A stretch of DNA of 64,000 nucleotides. It comes from Octopus sinensis (taxonomy: Eukaryota). The stretch spans positions 70,556,001-70,620,000 of the forward strand of contig NC_042998.1 in assembly GCF_006345805.1 (NCBI RefSeq). Direction: 5' to 3'. The notes under the pieces were generated by a model that saw nothing but the letters and a program-made list of their open reading frames with translations, was not told where the DNA came from and searched no databases. This document shows, piece after piece, positions 38,990 to 63,910 of the stretch (position 1 is its first letter; the number at the start of each line of letters is the position of its first letter). A program made the translations under genes and the position numbers.

Positions 38990-41925
38990 AGATCTTTATG
39001 AAAAGTGATGTTGCAGAAAACTGGCGGGCTGTGTATAACTTAGCTAAAAGCGACAGAAGCAAACTTTGTATGCACATCCAACATAAATTGGATATGTTGC
39101 TTTGGACGCCGTATACTGCGGTAATCATCCTAAGGAATCATCTCGTATATACGTTAGATGCTATTAAAGCACAGATTGTTTAGGTAGTATTAAACTGTAT
39201 CGGTTCGACGGATTTTCGATCCAGTATTCGGTTGTAGAGCCTGTTGCTGACAAAGCGCAATTTACACTGAAATCACGTGATATAACAGTCCCATCCGTCG
39301 GTGTCGACGAAATTTCATCCACCGATATAATCTATGCCTTTTTTTTTAGCATTGGATATTCTATACGACAAAATTTCTCAGGACTATTACCACAACTTAC
39401 AACGTTCAAAACAAAACATCTAGTTTAAGTTGGATGTACAAATTAATTTGTGTCAATTCCACCTTTTATTTTTAACGTGCCAGATGAACTTTACCAAGCT
39501 GTAGATGACTTCCAAGTAATGTTGTTTCTGTAGTGTAATTAAAAAGCATTGTTTCAGTTCATCAGGCTCTCCGTCGTCATCATCGACGTTTTCTTTTTGT
39601 CAAAGGGATAGTTTTTGCGATTGAAAACTGTTTGTGTTGTTGCTGTTCATTTGAAGCAACGAGACAAAACTAATTTTTTTTTTATTGTCAACAAAAAATA
39701 TTCCTTGTCACAGCACGAAAACGAATAACACAAAAATAATTCTTAATTGCAAAAAACAAAAACCCACTAATGAGAATAACAACGTGCAAAATCAACAAAA
39801 CCCACGAATAACGTCAGCAATACTTAAATGAATAACAACAACACTAACATGAACTACAACAATGACGACACAGAATGAATAAATGATGACTGTGTAAAGA
39901 CTGAAGGCAGTGTTGCATTAAATATTCATAGCTATTCATTAGTCAAAACATACGATCATTTAGTAGATATTTTTAAAAATGTGAACAAAGATACTCAAAT
40001 GATGTCAAAAATAAAACTGCACCAATATTGCCAATTAGATTTTCTCCTCAAACTGTTGACTGGGAATGTTTTGAAGAAGATCTAATTAGTGATAAAGAAA
40101 ATGGAAATTCAACTTGTTGCTAGTTGAAGCCAATGATATTTCAGTAACACCGAAAAAGGAAAAGGAAAAGGAGAAACCAGTTTTAGGAATTGTAATCATT
40201 TATTACAGTAAGAAGCATAAGAAAATTAGTTATTCGTACTTCTTTTTTCAGCTTAGTTATTCTAAAAAACCAGTGATTGCTAATAGTATTGTAAATATTT
40301 TGAATAACGAATATATGGACTTGAGACCTGATCATATTGTTATTGCTACATATAATCCTTTTTTACTATAGCCACAAGGCCTGAAATTTTGGGGGAGGGG
40401 ACTAGTCGATTATATCAACCCCAATGTTTCACTGGTACTTAGTTTATCGACCTTGAAATAATGAAAGGCAAAGTCGACCTTGGCGGAATTTGAATTCAGA
40501 ATGTAGCGACGGGCGAAATACTTATTTCTTTACTGCCCACAAGTGGCTAAACACAGGGGACAAACAAGGACAGACAAACGGATTAAGTCGATTATATCGA
40601 CCCCAGTGCATAACTGGTACTTAATTTATCGACCCCGAAAGGATGAAAGGCAAAGTCGACCTCGGCGGAATTTGAACTCAGAACGTAGCGGCAGACTAAA
40701 TACCTATTTCTTTACTACCCACAAGGGGCTAAACACAGAGAGGACAAACAATAAAATGCAATGTACGCGTTAAATATCGAAGAAATAGTATTTGGCCGCA
40801 TACGCTGTTAAGTCTTAGCTGAAATGTCTTTCGTCTTCTCCGTCCACTACATTTGAAATATTTTTGTTATTCGTACTTTTGGGACTCGGATTTAAATTTA
40901 CTAACATCAACTATAGTTTTTAATTTATAACATACTTTAGATATTTCCCTATTTGATATGACCACTTGGTGTTTGGAAATCTTCAGCAGGGTTCATTCTT
41001 CTACAAAATATCGGTACCAGTTCTTCTGTCTGTCTGGAGTTAACTCGGTATCCCTTCTTACGATAGCAACGATTGTATGATTGTTTCCTCTTCGTTACTA
41101 TTTTCAATCTGGGAAGCCCCGCAAATGACGTAGGCACTGTCTTTCACCTGGCTGTACGATAAAAAGAATTCAGAATCTGACCCTACCTCCAGAATAAGGT
41201 AAGTATCCTATCTCGGGCACGTATACGCTATAATAATTGCTAGAAATAAGAAACTGGATAATCAACAGAAGCGTAGTGTTTAACAAACCCTAGAAGCCTC
41301 TGTAAGATATCGGGTCTGACCTTCGCAGTGAACTTCCGCACACATATTAGAAAACAGACTGCATCTTTATGTATATATCTAATTGCGTCGTAATTAGTGG
41401 CGTATCAACTTCTGGTTTGGGGCGATTTTTTCTATTCCCTCTCAATCAGGCCGATGTATTCAATTTTTTACTCCTTCAGAAACTCACACACCAATCACAT
41501 GTTTTACTCTTAAAATACTACCAAGGAATGAACTAACGAAAACCTCCTTTTATGCATTTTGTTCCTGTTTATCTCTGCCCAACAAGCTATGTGGCATGTG
41601 ATTTGATCACATGACATAGTATCAAATTTCAGAGTAGATTTTTTTTTCCCATCATAAACTGCCCTACATAGAAATGGGCTCTTGTAGATTGGAGCTTTTC
41701 CACCTTGGCTCGTTTGGTGGATTGAGCAGTCTCGTCCTTATTCATTGCCTATGCGGTTTATCAGCTTGGTTGATGTTCATCATCCAACGGATGAGAGGTT
41801 GGTCGGTGGCCAGAAACAATTACGTAATAGGTTTCATTTGTAATTTTAAAGAAACAAGATATGTTATATTTTCTAGCGTTCTAACCTTTGCCATCGAATT
41901 TCACGGGAGACTATTATTGTTGTTG

Positions 41926-41958
<33 letters not shown>

Positions 41959-42083
41959 TCATTATTTTGGTTTGGCTCAGGTTCGGTCTTATTCGTTGTA
42001 AGATTTGTGGGTTGCGGGTTACTACCTCAGGTATTCACAAGTTTTCGATGTCTTTCAAGTGCTTAAAACCCTCCTGATAATCC

Positions 42084-42138
<55 letters not shown>

Positions 42139-43644
42139 TATCATTGTTGTTGTTGTTGTTGTTGTTGTTGAGTGAGAGAGTAGGGCATGTTGTCAGTGAT
42201 GGTAGGGTACAAATATACGAAGCCCAATATACCTATCATGACTACCCATCTGATAAGAGTTCACCAGGCACAAGCATCACGATCATATGTACGTGACATG
42301 GTGACCCCATATCAAGATAAACTGGGCATGATCTTGCAAGTGGAACCCAGTTAGAATTTTCTTCAGGTCAAACAACCCATCTCGCTCAAAAGATCCCTGA
42401 ATAAAGGTTAAGGATGATGAATGAAACCTCCATGTTTGCATCGGTGACTTATTAAAACCCCAAAGAACCCCTCTCAACATATGGCTATCATGCTCCTCCA
42501 CTATTTACTCTGCTGGTGATCAGAGATGCACATATCGTCAGCCACTAAGGGACATGCTCAGCTGGTTAAGCTCAAGAAACTTACGTGCAAATCTGCGGTA
42601 TGGAGTAGAATATTTGCTGTAGCAAACGCATGTGCTTGACAAAACTTCCAATCAGTTAAGATCAGAATCCATGAAAGCCACTGTCTAGTACTGCATCAGG
42701 GAATGTACATGTTAACTCTTCCAATCAGTCAAACTCAGAATCGTTAGCATGTCGGGCAAAATGCTTCACAGCATTTCGTCCGTATTTATGTTCTGAGTTC
42801 AAATTCCGATGAGGTCCACTTTGCCTTTCATCCTTTCGGAGTCGATAAAATAAGTTCCAGTTGCGCACTGGAGTCGATTTAATCTATTTAACCCAGCCAT
42901 CGAAATTGCTGGCATTGTGCCAAAAATTGAAACCATTATTTTTATTTCCGTGTTTGTTGTTGGCAGAAATAACACTCAAGTATTGAGGTTTAAACTTGTG
43001 ACTACTTTTTTCTCTATCTTAAAGTTTGATTTGTTTAGAATAGACCATTACGTTCTGAGTTCAAATACAAGCGAGGTAAATTTCTTCTTCTTTCCAGATT
43101 CAATAAAATAAAGTACTAGGATGAATTTAATCAATTATATCCTTGCCTATAGACCTGTGACCTTGTATCTATGATATTAATTTTTGTCGTTAGGACGTCG
43201 CCTGTTCACGCAGCTCCTCTTTGATTTCTTGATCTATTCTCTCTAATGTGAGATTTATGGAGTGTATTTCATTGTTATTTTACGAAGGAGAAGATGAAGG
43301 GGAAAGGGAACGCCTATGCTAATGAAATACTCGTAAATTAATTAGCCACCAGTAAAACTTATGACATGTTCTGGTATATGCATACAAATAGATCGAGTAT
43401 TGCTCACACGTTCAGAACGGTGTTACTACACGCACACAGCACCCTCCCTCTTTCACACCTTTCCCTCTCCCCTCTCTCTGTCTTACATACATGCAAGGCT
43501 GCAACCGAAGAAATGCTACCCAAATGGTTAGCATCAAATCGCTTAACGACTCACTCCTATCTCACCCAGCAGGGCCGCCTTACCTAGGGACTGGACAGGT
43601 CGATGGTAACAGCATTAAGGATCTATTCAGTGTTTAGGTAGTGT

Positions 43645-43679
<35 letters not shown>

Positions 43680-45945
43680 ATAGGGCCAAGTGAACTAACA
43701 GTATTATAGATCCGAGGAATGTTTATAACGCAGTTAAAACAGCCATGCTCCTCCTCACAAGGTGTCTGATCCTCGAAGCTAGCAAATCTCCTCCTCTTCC
43801 TCCTCCTCCTCCTCATCATTCCCCTCCACCTCCTGCCCCTCTTCCTTTTCTCTCCCTCTTTTTCTTCCTCTTCCTTTCTTGCCCTTCCTTCCCCACTTTC
43901 TTTCCTCCCTTCCTTTCCTCCTCTTTCTTTTCTCTTCCCTTTCTCTTCCTCCTCCCCTCTTCGTCCTTCTCCCCTTCCTGCTCCGCTTCTTCTCTGTCTC
44001 ATCCTTCCCCCTCCTCCCCTCCTCCTTTCCTCCTCTTCTTCCTCCTCTCCTTACCCCCTCTACCGCTGCCGCCACCTTTCAGTAGAGTGTTTCCCTCCAG
44101 GTAGGTCCCATCCTAACCACTTTTCCTAGTTTTTATTCTCCGTCAAACAGTTGAATTTCATGGTTGACTATACTTAACTAGATACATTACCTGGACACTT
44201 TTATTTTGTCCAACATCCTCTGTACTAATCTATTTCTGAAACCCTTGCAAGTTGTCATAAGTTTGAAGTGCTGGTATGATGATAAATTCTCCATGAGTAA
44301 AGCCTTCCCCTCAGTTTTGCTCTATCCTGTAAGAATCATTTATATCTCACTGTGATTCGACGAGACCCATTCTTATGAAATCTTATGGAGTTTATTTCTC
44401 AGAGATTATGTTGCATCTTTCAAGATTTTATTACCTCGGTTTTTCTTTAAATTTTACATTTTTTGTCTACGGCTTCTAATTCCTGGTTTTCAAACCGAAT
44501 AATTTATATAGAAAAGAGATTTCTTGAAACTGAAATTCAAATTAAAACTTTAATCAAAATTTGATTAAAACTTAACACCATATCGTTGATTTCCTGCAAG
44601 AACATCGCTGCACCAAGAACGTTACGCCACCTGATCTTGTAAAAGAGAAACTAATTATATCTCATTGAGCCATGAGTTATTTGCTGATACTTTCTAAATT
44701 CAAGTGAAGCTACAATATTTGTGTGGATATTTAAAATTCAAATTTTTATTTAAAAAAAACATTTTTCGTTTTGAGATTTTCAGTTGATAAAAATCAGATA
44801 TTTCCATAAATTGATATTATCACAAAATATTCATTTAAAAGTGCATATATTTTTTCAATGAATTAAGTTCAACATACTCTTTTTTATAAAGTTGATTTGC
44901 AAATAAATTTTGAATTTTAATTGCAATGTTGAGAAACCCCTCCCTACCACCGCCTTCTAAAAATAAAATCAATCGTTGTAGAAAATAAATATTTCAAACA
45001 AACATGGGAAATAACTTCATGTATTGGTAAAGTTACTTCCCTTGATATAATTAATATTTATCGCAAGCCTTTTCGTAGATCGTGTACTGAGAGGGATTTC
45101 GGGAATATTTGCAAAGTATGATAATTGATTGTTTTACGAAGAGTTTTTCATCTGTTAATCATTAGTTTCCTCGAGCTCTCATTGTAGTACTTCGTAAATG
45201 AATTTTTTTACTTAATTCTTTCTTCTATAACTTTGCTTTATAGTTTTATTTTGAAGGAAAGTACTGTTGGGTATACTCTTTTACTCTTTTACTTGTTTCA
45301 GTCATTTGACTGCGGCCTTGCTGGAGCACCACCTTTAGTCGAGCAAATCGACCCCGGGACTTATTCTTTGTAAGCCCAGTACTTATTCTATCGGTCTCTT
45401 TTGCCGAACCGCTAAGTGACAAGGAACGTAAACACACCAGCATTGGTTGTCAAGCAATGCTAGGCGGACAAACACAGACACACAAACATATACACACGCA
45501 CTTATATATATATACATATATACGACAGGCTTCTTTCAGTTTCCGTCTACCAAATCCACTCACAAGGCATTGGTCGGCCCGGGGCTATAGCAGAAGACCC
45601 TTGCCCAAGATGCCACGCAGTGGGACTGAACCCGGAACCATGTGGTTGGTTAGCAAGCTACTTATCACACAGCCACTCCTGCGCCTATAGAAATGATTTT
45701 CAGTGTTTCCTAACTCTTTGTGTTCTTCGATCCGCGCCCTACCCCCAAATAATGCGCTTACCATAGATAAAATTAATATATAGAAAATGTGCATGTGTGT
45801 GTGTACGTGTATGTGTGTGTGTGTGTGTGTCTGTGTGTGGTTGTTTATACACACATAAAAGACTTCCATTTTCCCGATCTTCAAACCAATACACGTCCTT
45901 CTTGTTCCTACGCCTGTCTTCGTCTTTTGTTTTACTATAAATTTG

Positions 45946-45999
<54 letters not shown>

Positions 46000-46175
46000 A
46001 CATGGTTTGACGGTCGGGAAAATGGGAGTCTTTTATGTGTGTATATACAAACAGACACACATATATATATATGTATATATATATATATAAACATACATAT
46101 GTATACATATATACATATATGTATATAAATACATATTATATATATATATATAATATATATATATAATATATATAT

Positions 46176-46229
<54 letters not shown>

Positions 46230-46403
46230 CATACATCCATGCATATATATATATATATAAACATGCATATATATATATACACACATATATATGTATGTAT
46301 ATATATAAACATACATATGTGTGTATGTATATATATATATAGAAAGATAAGGAAAATAAGACAAGGTAGAAAATGCTAAAATAATCTTATCATTAAGAGC
46401 GTT

Positions 46404-46441
46404 TTAGTACCGGTTTCAGTCTTTGCGACTTTTTCAACTTA
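46404..46441 (-). ncRNA. Minimal hammerhead-like motif, U3-A8 variant
   Basis: UAAG-UUGAAAA-AGUC-GCAAA-GACU-GAAAC-CG-GUA^CUAA. Palindromic ACCGGU stem III, weak stem I. Confidence 0.45.
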
Positions 46442-46632
46442 GATTTAAGCATGAAAACAATGAAATTGTGGAAAAATTAAATGAAATGTTTTAAAAATAT
46501 TTCGATAGTTTTCAAATACAAGGGACATTTTCCTTTTTCTGTCTGTCTGTCTCTTTTTTACTCTTATGAAGGCTTTGTAGCAGGTAGTAGGTCGTAGTAG
46601 TCCTAAATGAATATTTGATATGAGTCTATGGT

Positions 46633-47609
46633 TTTGATTGTTTAAGCAGCAGTAGTAACCGAGGGCGGAGGCGGCAAAGAAGAAGAAGAAGCAGAAGAAT
46701 ACGGGAGTAGTATGACAGTAGTAGGGTATTGGTGGAATCCTCTTAAATGGTCAAGTGACCTAAAAGTGACATGTTGTGGTTGTAATAGTAGTGATTGGAA
46801 TTGTTCCGTATAAATTCATAGGTAGTGACTGTTCTGAATATATCGTTTTTAATATTGCATCGATATTATTCTAAGGTGGACGCATTCAGAAGGGATTTAT
46901 ATTTTGTGATAAAATATGTCTCTTTGCTAATGCGCTGACTAACAACTTCACATATGCTCTGGAAAGCCTAATATATGTATTAACTTGCTCAGGGTGTCGA
47001 GAGCAATACATAGGCCAAACCAAAAAACAGTTTATGTCAAAGGATGGCTCTACATAGATCTCAGATCAAAATTCGGGAATACAGAAAAATAGCCTTCAGC
47101 GAACACATCGACATTTGCACCACTAACGAACAACCTGGCTTCAGAACTTTCCCCCCTCTATAAATTCAGGGACAATACAACCTGCAGTCAGCGCATTAGC
47201 AAAGACTCATATTTCATCACGAAATATAACCCCCTTTTAAATGCGTCCGCCACAAATGACACTACTACTAGGGACTTAGAATAATACCCACGCAAATATT
47301 AAAATCGATATATTCAGAACAGTCACTACCCATGAATTTATTCGGAACAATTCCAATCACTACTATTACAACCACAACTGGGCACTTTTAGGTCACTTGA
47401 CCATTTAAGAGGATTCCACCAATACCCTATTACAGTCATACCACGTCCGTATTTTTCTTCTTCTTCTTCTTCTTCTTCTTCTTCTTCTTCTTCTTCTCTT
47501 CTTCTTCTTCTTCTTCTTCTTCTTCTTCTTCTTCTTCGTTTTCTTCTTCTTCTTCTCTTTCGCTGCCTACGTCCTCGGCTACTATTGCTGCTTAAACAAT
47601 CAAAACGCA
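46633..47609 (+). mobile_element. Penelope-like element: GIY-YIG endonuclease fragment with inverted pseudo-LTR arms
   Basis: ~46940-47250 translates with one frameshift to LIYVLTCSGCREQYIGQT..RMALHRSQI..FSEHIDIC..YFITKYNPLLN. Arms 46633-46940 and 47187-47609 are inverted copies. Confidence 0.85.
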
Positions 47610-47714
47610 GCAATTATCATAGGCACGACCTTTACTGTTCGCATGCTCCAAATTCTTCCTATTTCAAATTTTAAGGGAGTGTAGTTATCTTTCGTGCTTT
47701 CACTGTAGTAGTAT

Positions 47715-47995
47715 CACGTGCTTTCACTGCATTACCGAACGCAGCTCTGTGTGCCTTGGGTATGTACTGTGGTGTGTTGTGGTGCACTTTCTTTTACTGT
47801 ATTGAAAGTGCTTAGGATGTGTGCAGTGCCCAGGGGTGCATTTTCTGTATGTTATCTACATTTGTAAGTCCTGATATTTTGGTTATGTTTTTTTTATCAT
47901 ACCTAATGCGCCTACTATTATAGGAATTGTTTCCGTTTTTACGGTCCACATTAAAATTACCTATATTTCCAGATCTTTGTATTTTGAAAGTTTCT
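47715..47995 (-). mobile_element. Dong/R4 3' fragment
   Basis: Nucleotide-level homology to 61850-62150 (cgcagctctgtgtgccttgggtatgt...ggatgtgtgcagtgcc...ttccagatctttgtattttga). Confidence 0.8.
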
Positions 47996-50504
47996 TCTTC
48001 TTCTTCTTCTTTTTCTTCTTCTTCTTCTTCTTCTTCTTCTTCTTCTTCTTCTTCTTCTCCCCTCCCCTCTTCCTCCTCCTTCTTCTTCTTCTTCTTCTTC
48101 TCATCACCAAGGCGGTGAGCTAGCAGAGTCGTTAGCACGCCGGGCAAAATGCTTAGCGACATTTCGTGTCTTTACGTTCTGAGTTCAAATTCCTCCGAGA
48201 TCGACTTTGCCTGTCAGCCTTTCGTGGTTCATAAATTAAGTACCATCTGAGTACTGGGGTCGATGTAATCGGCTAACCCCTCACCAAAATTTCAGGCATT
48301 GTGCCTATAATAGAAATGATTATTAAGGCGGTGTGCTGGTAGAATAATTATCTCGCTGGGCCAGATGCGCAGCAGTTTTCGTTCTGAGTTCAAATTCTGC
48401 TGATGTTGACTTTGTTTTTCATCTTTTCGAGGTCTATAAAATAACCTACCAGTTGCACACCTGGGTCGATGGAAACGACTAACCTTATCCACTCAAAGTT
48501 TCATGCCATGTGCTTATAGCAGAAAGGGCTATTATTATGATTGTTGTTTTTTTTTTGTGAATAGTACCATTCCTGGATTGTCAGAAAAATGTTGTGCATT
48601 ATTTATGCACGTCCCTTCACGAGGCTTTTCCGTCTGTGTCTTTGAAAGAAACGCCATTGAAGTGCTGGAGCTAAAATAAATCTTTTGACCGCCTTCTACC
48701 TACTCATTAGAAATGTTTAATAATTCATATTTGCCTCATTCACAAATGTTTGAAGGAAGACATTCTTCGTGCTAACGCAGTCTTGGGTGTTTTGTTACGA
48801 GGTTTTCATCTTAACTATATGTTCCGGGTTCTTAAATACTGCCTGGTACTTTGGGCATTTGGCTCTTACCATCTCTCCGGATGGATAACAGTGTTGTGAG
48901 CAAAATTTGTTTGACGAAACTGTGTGGAAGTTTGTGAGAAAGACCGTTCCTGTTTTTGAGCGGCAGACATAATTAGTCACCCGGTTTAACACTATCACCC
49001 GATCTTTGGGTGTCTTTAACGGAGTCCTCACTGTTCCAAACATTCGAATCAAATTACCAGTCTGAGAATAACGTTCCTTACTTCCACCAGTCTCAAAGGC
49101 CTTTCCCGACTGTGTATGCCATTAAAATAAAAAAAAGTGCAAAAAGCAATACAAAAAAAGAAATGTAATAACAAAACTATAGTCTTCCTATCATATGAAT
49201 GTCAGGAAATCAAATTATGGTAGAATTTATAATTTAAAAGAATTACTAACTCGCTGCGATATCTGACTATATTAAATTAGTTAAAAGTAATAATGAGATG
49301 CCTTCTTCTTTCTACTTTAATGTTTATATCTTACAATAAAAGAGCAGGTATTGGGTTGTGTTCGAATATAATAGCAGCTTGGAACTAAAGATATCAAACA
49401 ACAAATTTATTTCAAGAGTTAATAAACTTCAAAAGTATTCCAGTTTGCAAAACTTGAAAAAGTTACCAGAATTTCCCCAAATTCGTTCAATGTATTTAAG
49501 TTTTATGGAATAAGAAATATCTATTATCATTCTGAGTTCAAACCCCGATTAGTTCAACGTTACCTTTCATTTATTCGAAGTCGATAAAAAGCACCAATAC
49601 AAAAAGAAAAAAGAAAAAACATCTTACGGTATTTATTTCGGCTCTTAGAGTTTGAAATTTACCATGGCCGATTTAGGTGGTATACTGAAACCCTCACCCG
49701 ATTTAAAACAACGACCTGACACATTGGCTACCTTTAAGAGGGTCCAAGCATTCAGATCAGAACTGCAGTATGAAGACAATGTTCTACTTCCTCCCCAACT
49801 GCGTCAGAGACTCTCTAATCGTGACTTAGGTACTGCCTTCCCTTTTGACAAAACGTAAAAGAAAAATACCCTGCTGTATGGGAATGAAGACGAAATAAAT
49901 AACCAATAAGCTACGCGTGCAAAACCTCTGCAGGTGCTTCGTTTTGTCCTTGACTCAGTCAATATATCTAATCATACTACAGTTCACCAAGCTACGAAGA
50001 ATGGACAACCTGATCAAATGAATGCTTGTTGTAAGACTGACTTAAGTGCTATGGAATACTTCATCTCTGATTCACTTTTCACTCCTGAATCTAAAGCCAA
50101 GTCACTCTAAAACCAAAAGTAATTTTGTGTGACAACCTCGTATTAGAGATCCACCTACTGGTTACTTTTGTCTCTTGCTGCTTATCACTAATACCTCGTC
50201 CACTGTTAATATACCATAGTATACCATAGACAGAATGAAACCGACCCACTGTTACTATAAACGCGATTCTATTGTCCTTTTCTTTCTACTAATTTAGTTC
50301 ATCTTATTCTCTGGGTTAATAGGCGAGTTTAACATAACTAGATTTATTAATGAACTGCAAAACATAGAAAAAAATCGGCGTGTCTATTTTTTTATCGACT
50401 GTTTAAGAATAATTAAATGAATTTTCTTTTCTGGAACTGAATCTTCGTAAAAACCAGAATACCAATCTAGTTTAGTACTTTATCTCGATACTTATAATTC
50501 TTTT

Positions 50505-61659
<11,155 letters not shown>

Positions 61660-61798
61660 CTGTTCAGTTTATCATATTGACTACATGAATACATAATATA
61701 GGTATATCAACTACACGAATATACGATATACATGAATACATCTCGATTGCATAAAATAAATACATAATATAGATATACCCATTATATTATATGAATAG

Positions 61799-61831
<33 letters not shown>

Positions 61832-61834
<3 letters not shown>

Positions 61835-63378
61835 TAGTTTTATTTTTATAGCGTGCTTTCACTTCACTACCGAGCGCAGCTCTGTGTGCCTTGGGTATGT
61901 GCTGTGATTTGTTGTGATGCTCTGATGGTTATTGTATGGAAAGTGTTCTGCGTAGGATGTGTGCAGTGCCTAGTAGTGCAATTTTCTGTATGTTATATGT
62001 GTTTGTAAGTCCTGGTGTTTTTGTTATGTATTTGTCTGAATATTTTTTTATCATGCCTAATGCACCTACTATGATAGGAATTGTTTCTGTTTCAGATTCC
62101 ACATTCTAGTTACCTCTATTTCCAGGTCTTTGTATTTTGAGAGTTTCTTCATTTCTTTTAGAGACACGTTGTCATCTGCCGGTATTGATACATCAATTAG
62201 AAAGCATTTTTTTTCTTCATGATCTCTGACAACTATATCTGGTCTGTTGGCCTTAATTTCTCTATCTGTGTGTACCGGCATATCCCAGAGTATGGTTGCT
62301 TTCTCGTTTTCTGTGACCTTTTCTGGTGTGTGCCTATACCATCTTTTTTCTGTTGTTATTCCATAATGTTGGCATAGCTTCCAATGTATGTAGGTTCCAA
62401 CTCTGTCATGTCTGTGAATATATTCCTTCTTAGCCAGGATTGGGCAGCTAGAGATAATATGATTTATTGTTTCTTGTCCATCTCCACATATTCTGCAGTT
62501 ACTTGTAATATTTCTTTTCATTACATGTTTTTGGTAATTTCTGGTGGGGAGGCTTTGGTCTTGTGCTGCAATTAAAAATCCCTCTGTTTCTGCTTTGAGT
62601 CCTGAGCTTCTCAACCATTGCTGGGATTTTTCTTTGTCTATTTCTTTTGCGTTTAGTTTAGTGCAGTATTTACCATGAAGGGGCTTTTCTTGCCATCGTT
62701 TTATCATGGTTCGTTGCTGTTCTATTTTTAGTTTGGATTTCATTTGTTTTATAGCTTTTGTTGTTTCTTCATCATCTTCTTCTTCTTCTTCGTGTTTATT
62801 AGGTGGTATGATTTCTTGTTTGTATTTGTCAGCTTCCTTAAATACTGAGAACAGTTTTTTGTTTTGCTCGTGTTTTGCTGCTATCTGGATCAGTTTTCCT
62901 TCCTTCTGAAGTAGATATTTTTGCAGTCCTATGGTGGTTATTTTATAGTAGTTTTCCAGCTGTATAAGGCCTCTACCACCTTCTATACGTTGTATATATA
63001 GTCTTTCTATGTCAGATTTTGGGTGATGCATCCTAGATCCTGTCAGTATTTTTCTTGTTTTCCTATCTATTTTGGACAGTTCATTTCGTGTCCAGTTAAG
63101 GATATTGTAGCTGTAACTTATAACTGGGACAGCTAAAGTGTTGATACCTATTATCTTGTTTTTAGCATTGAGCTCTGTTTTTAGTATTGATCTAACTCGT
63201 CTATAATATTCTTTTTTTATTTTCTCTTTCATTTGTGTGTGTTGTGTCTTATCTAGTTCATGGATTCCTAAGTATTTGTAAGTTTGGCTTTGGTCTAATT
63301 CTTTTATTTCATTGGTTTTATCTAGTGTGATGTTGTTACTCTTAACTAGTTTTCCTCTTTTCATGGTTACTTTGGCGC
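61832..63378 (-). mobile_element. Dong/R4-clade LINE, 5'-truncated, long open frame, flanked by (TAA)n
   Basis: ORF 62069..63484: YKYLG, LY..R.EGGRGL, CRICGDGQETINHIISSCP (CCHC) and REL endonuclease RPDIV...LIDVSIP...KY. (ATT)n at 61797-61831 and (TTA)n at 63379-63410. Confidence 0.92.
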
Positions 63379-63411
<33 letters not shown>

Positions 63412-63419
63412 TTTTTTTT

Positions 63420-63910
63420 TCTTCTTTCAAATTTTCTTCCATTTCTTGCCGACTGTCTTCCCGACTCCTAGGGCAAAGAAACACATAGTGTATATTGGTA
63501 GGCCATTAAACCAAACTCAGTATACTGTAAGAGTTTGCGGTGTGTCTCTCTTGAGATGGCCTACCTAATGCATAGTAATAAGCGTATATTACTTCTTTAT
63601 ACTCTTCTCGGGTCCATTTGTTCCGCTTACATTTTTCTTTCTGTGGTGGTTGTGGTGGTGAACTTGGAGGGCTCGAGTTGGGGGATTTCCCGTTCAAGTG
63701 ACCATCCATGTCCGTATTCGGAGAAGAGTTTGTGCCAGTTGATGACTTTTCGATCCCAGGCTGGCTCTTCCCTGGGGGACGCGCTTCCAGATTAACCATA
63801 GGACAAGCGATTTGGTATACTGATTTAGTTTTCCTTTTAGTTTCCAAAAACATTTTGGTGCTACGATAATGTTATCATTTTTTAGCTTTGATTGGCTCGT
63901 GGGGAGACGG
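63420..63910 (-). mobile_element. N-terminal fragment of a Dong/R4-like ORF
   Basis: ORF 63506..63853 contains KWTREEYKEVIYAYYYAL, resembling the R4/Dong N-terminus from recall. Confidence 0.6.

Noticed and set aside
39975-40125. Plus-strand frame ending ...ENGNSTCC-stop, like a Rab tail
   Set aside because: No G-motifs or linked exons on the plus strand.
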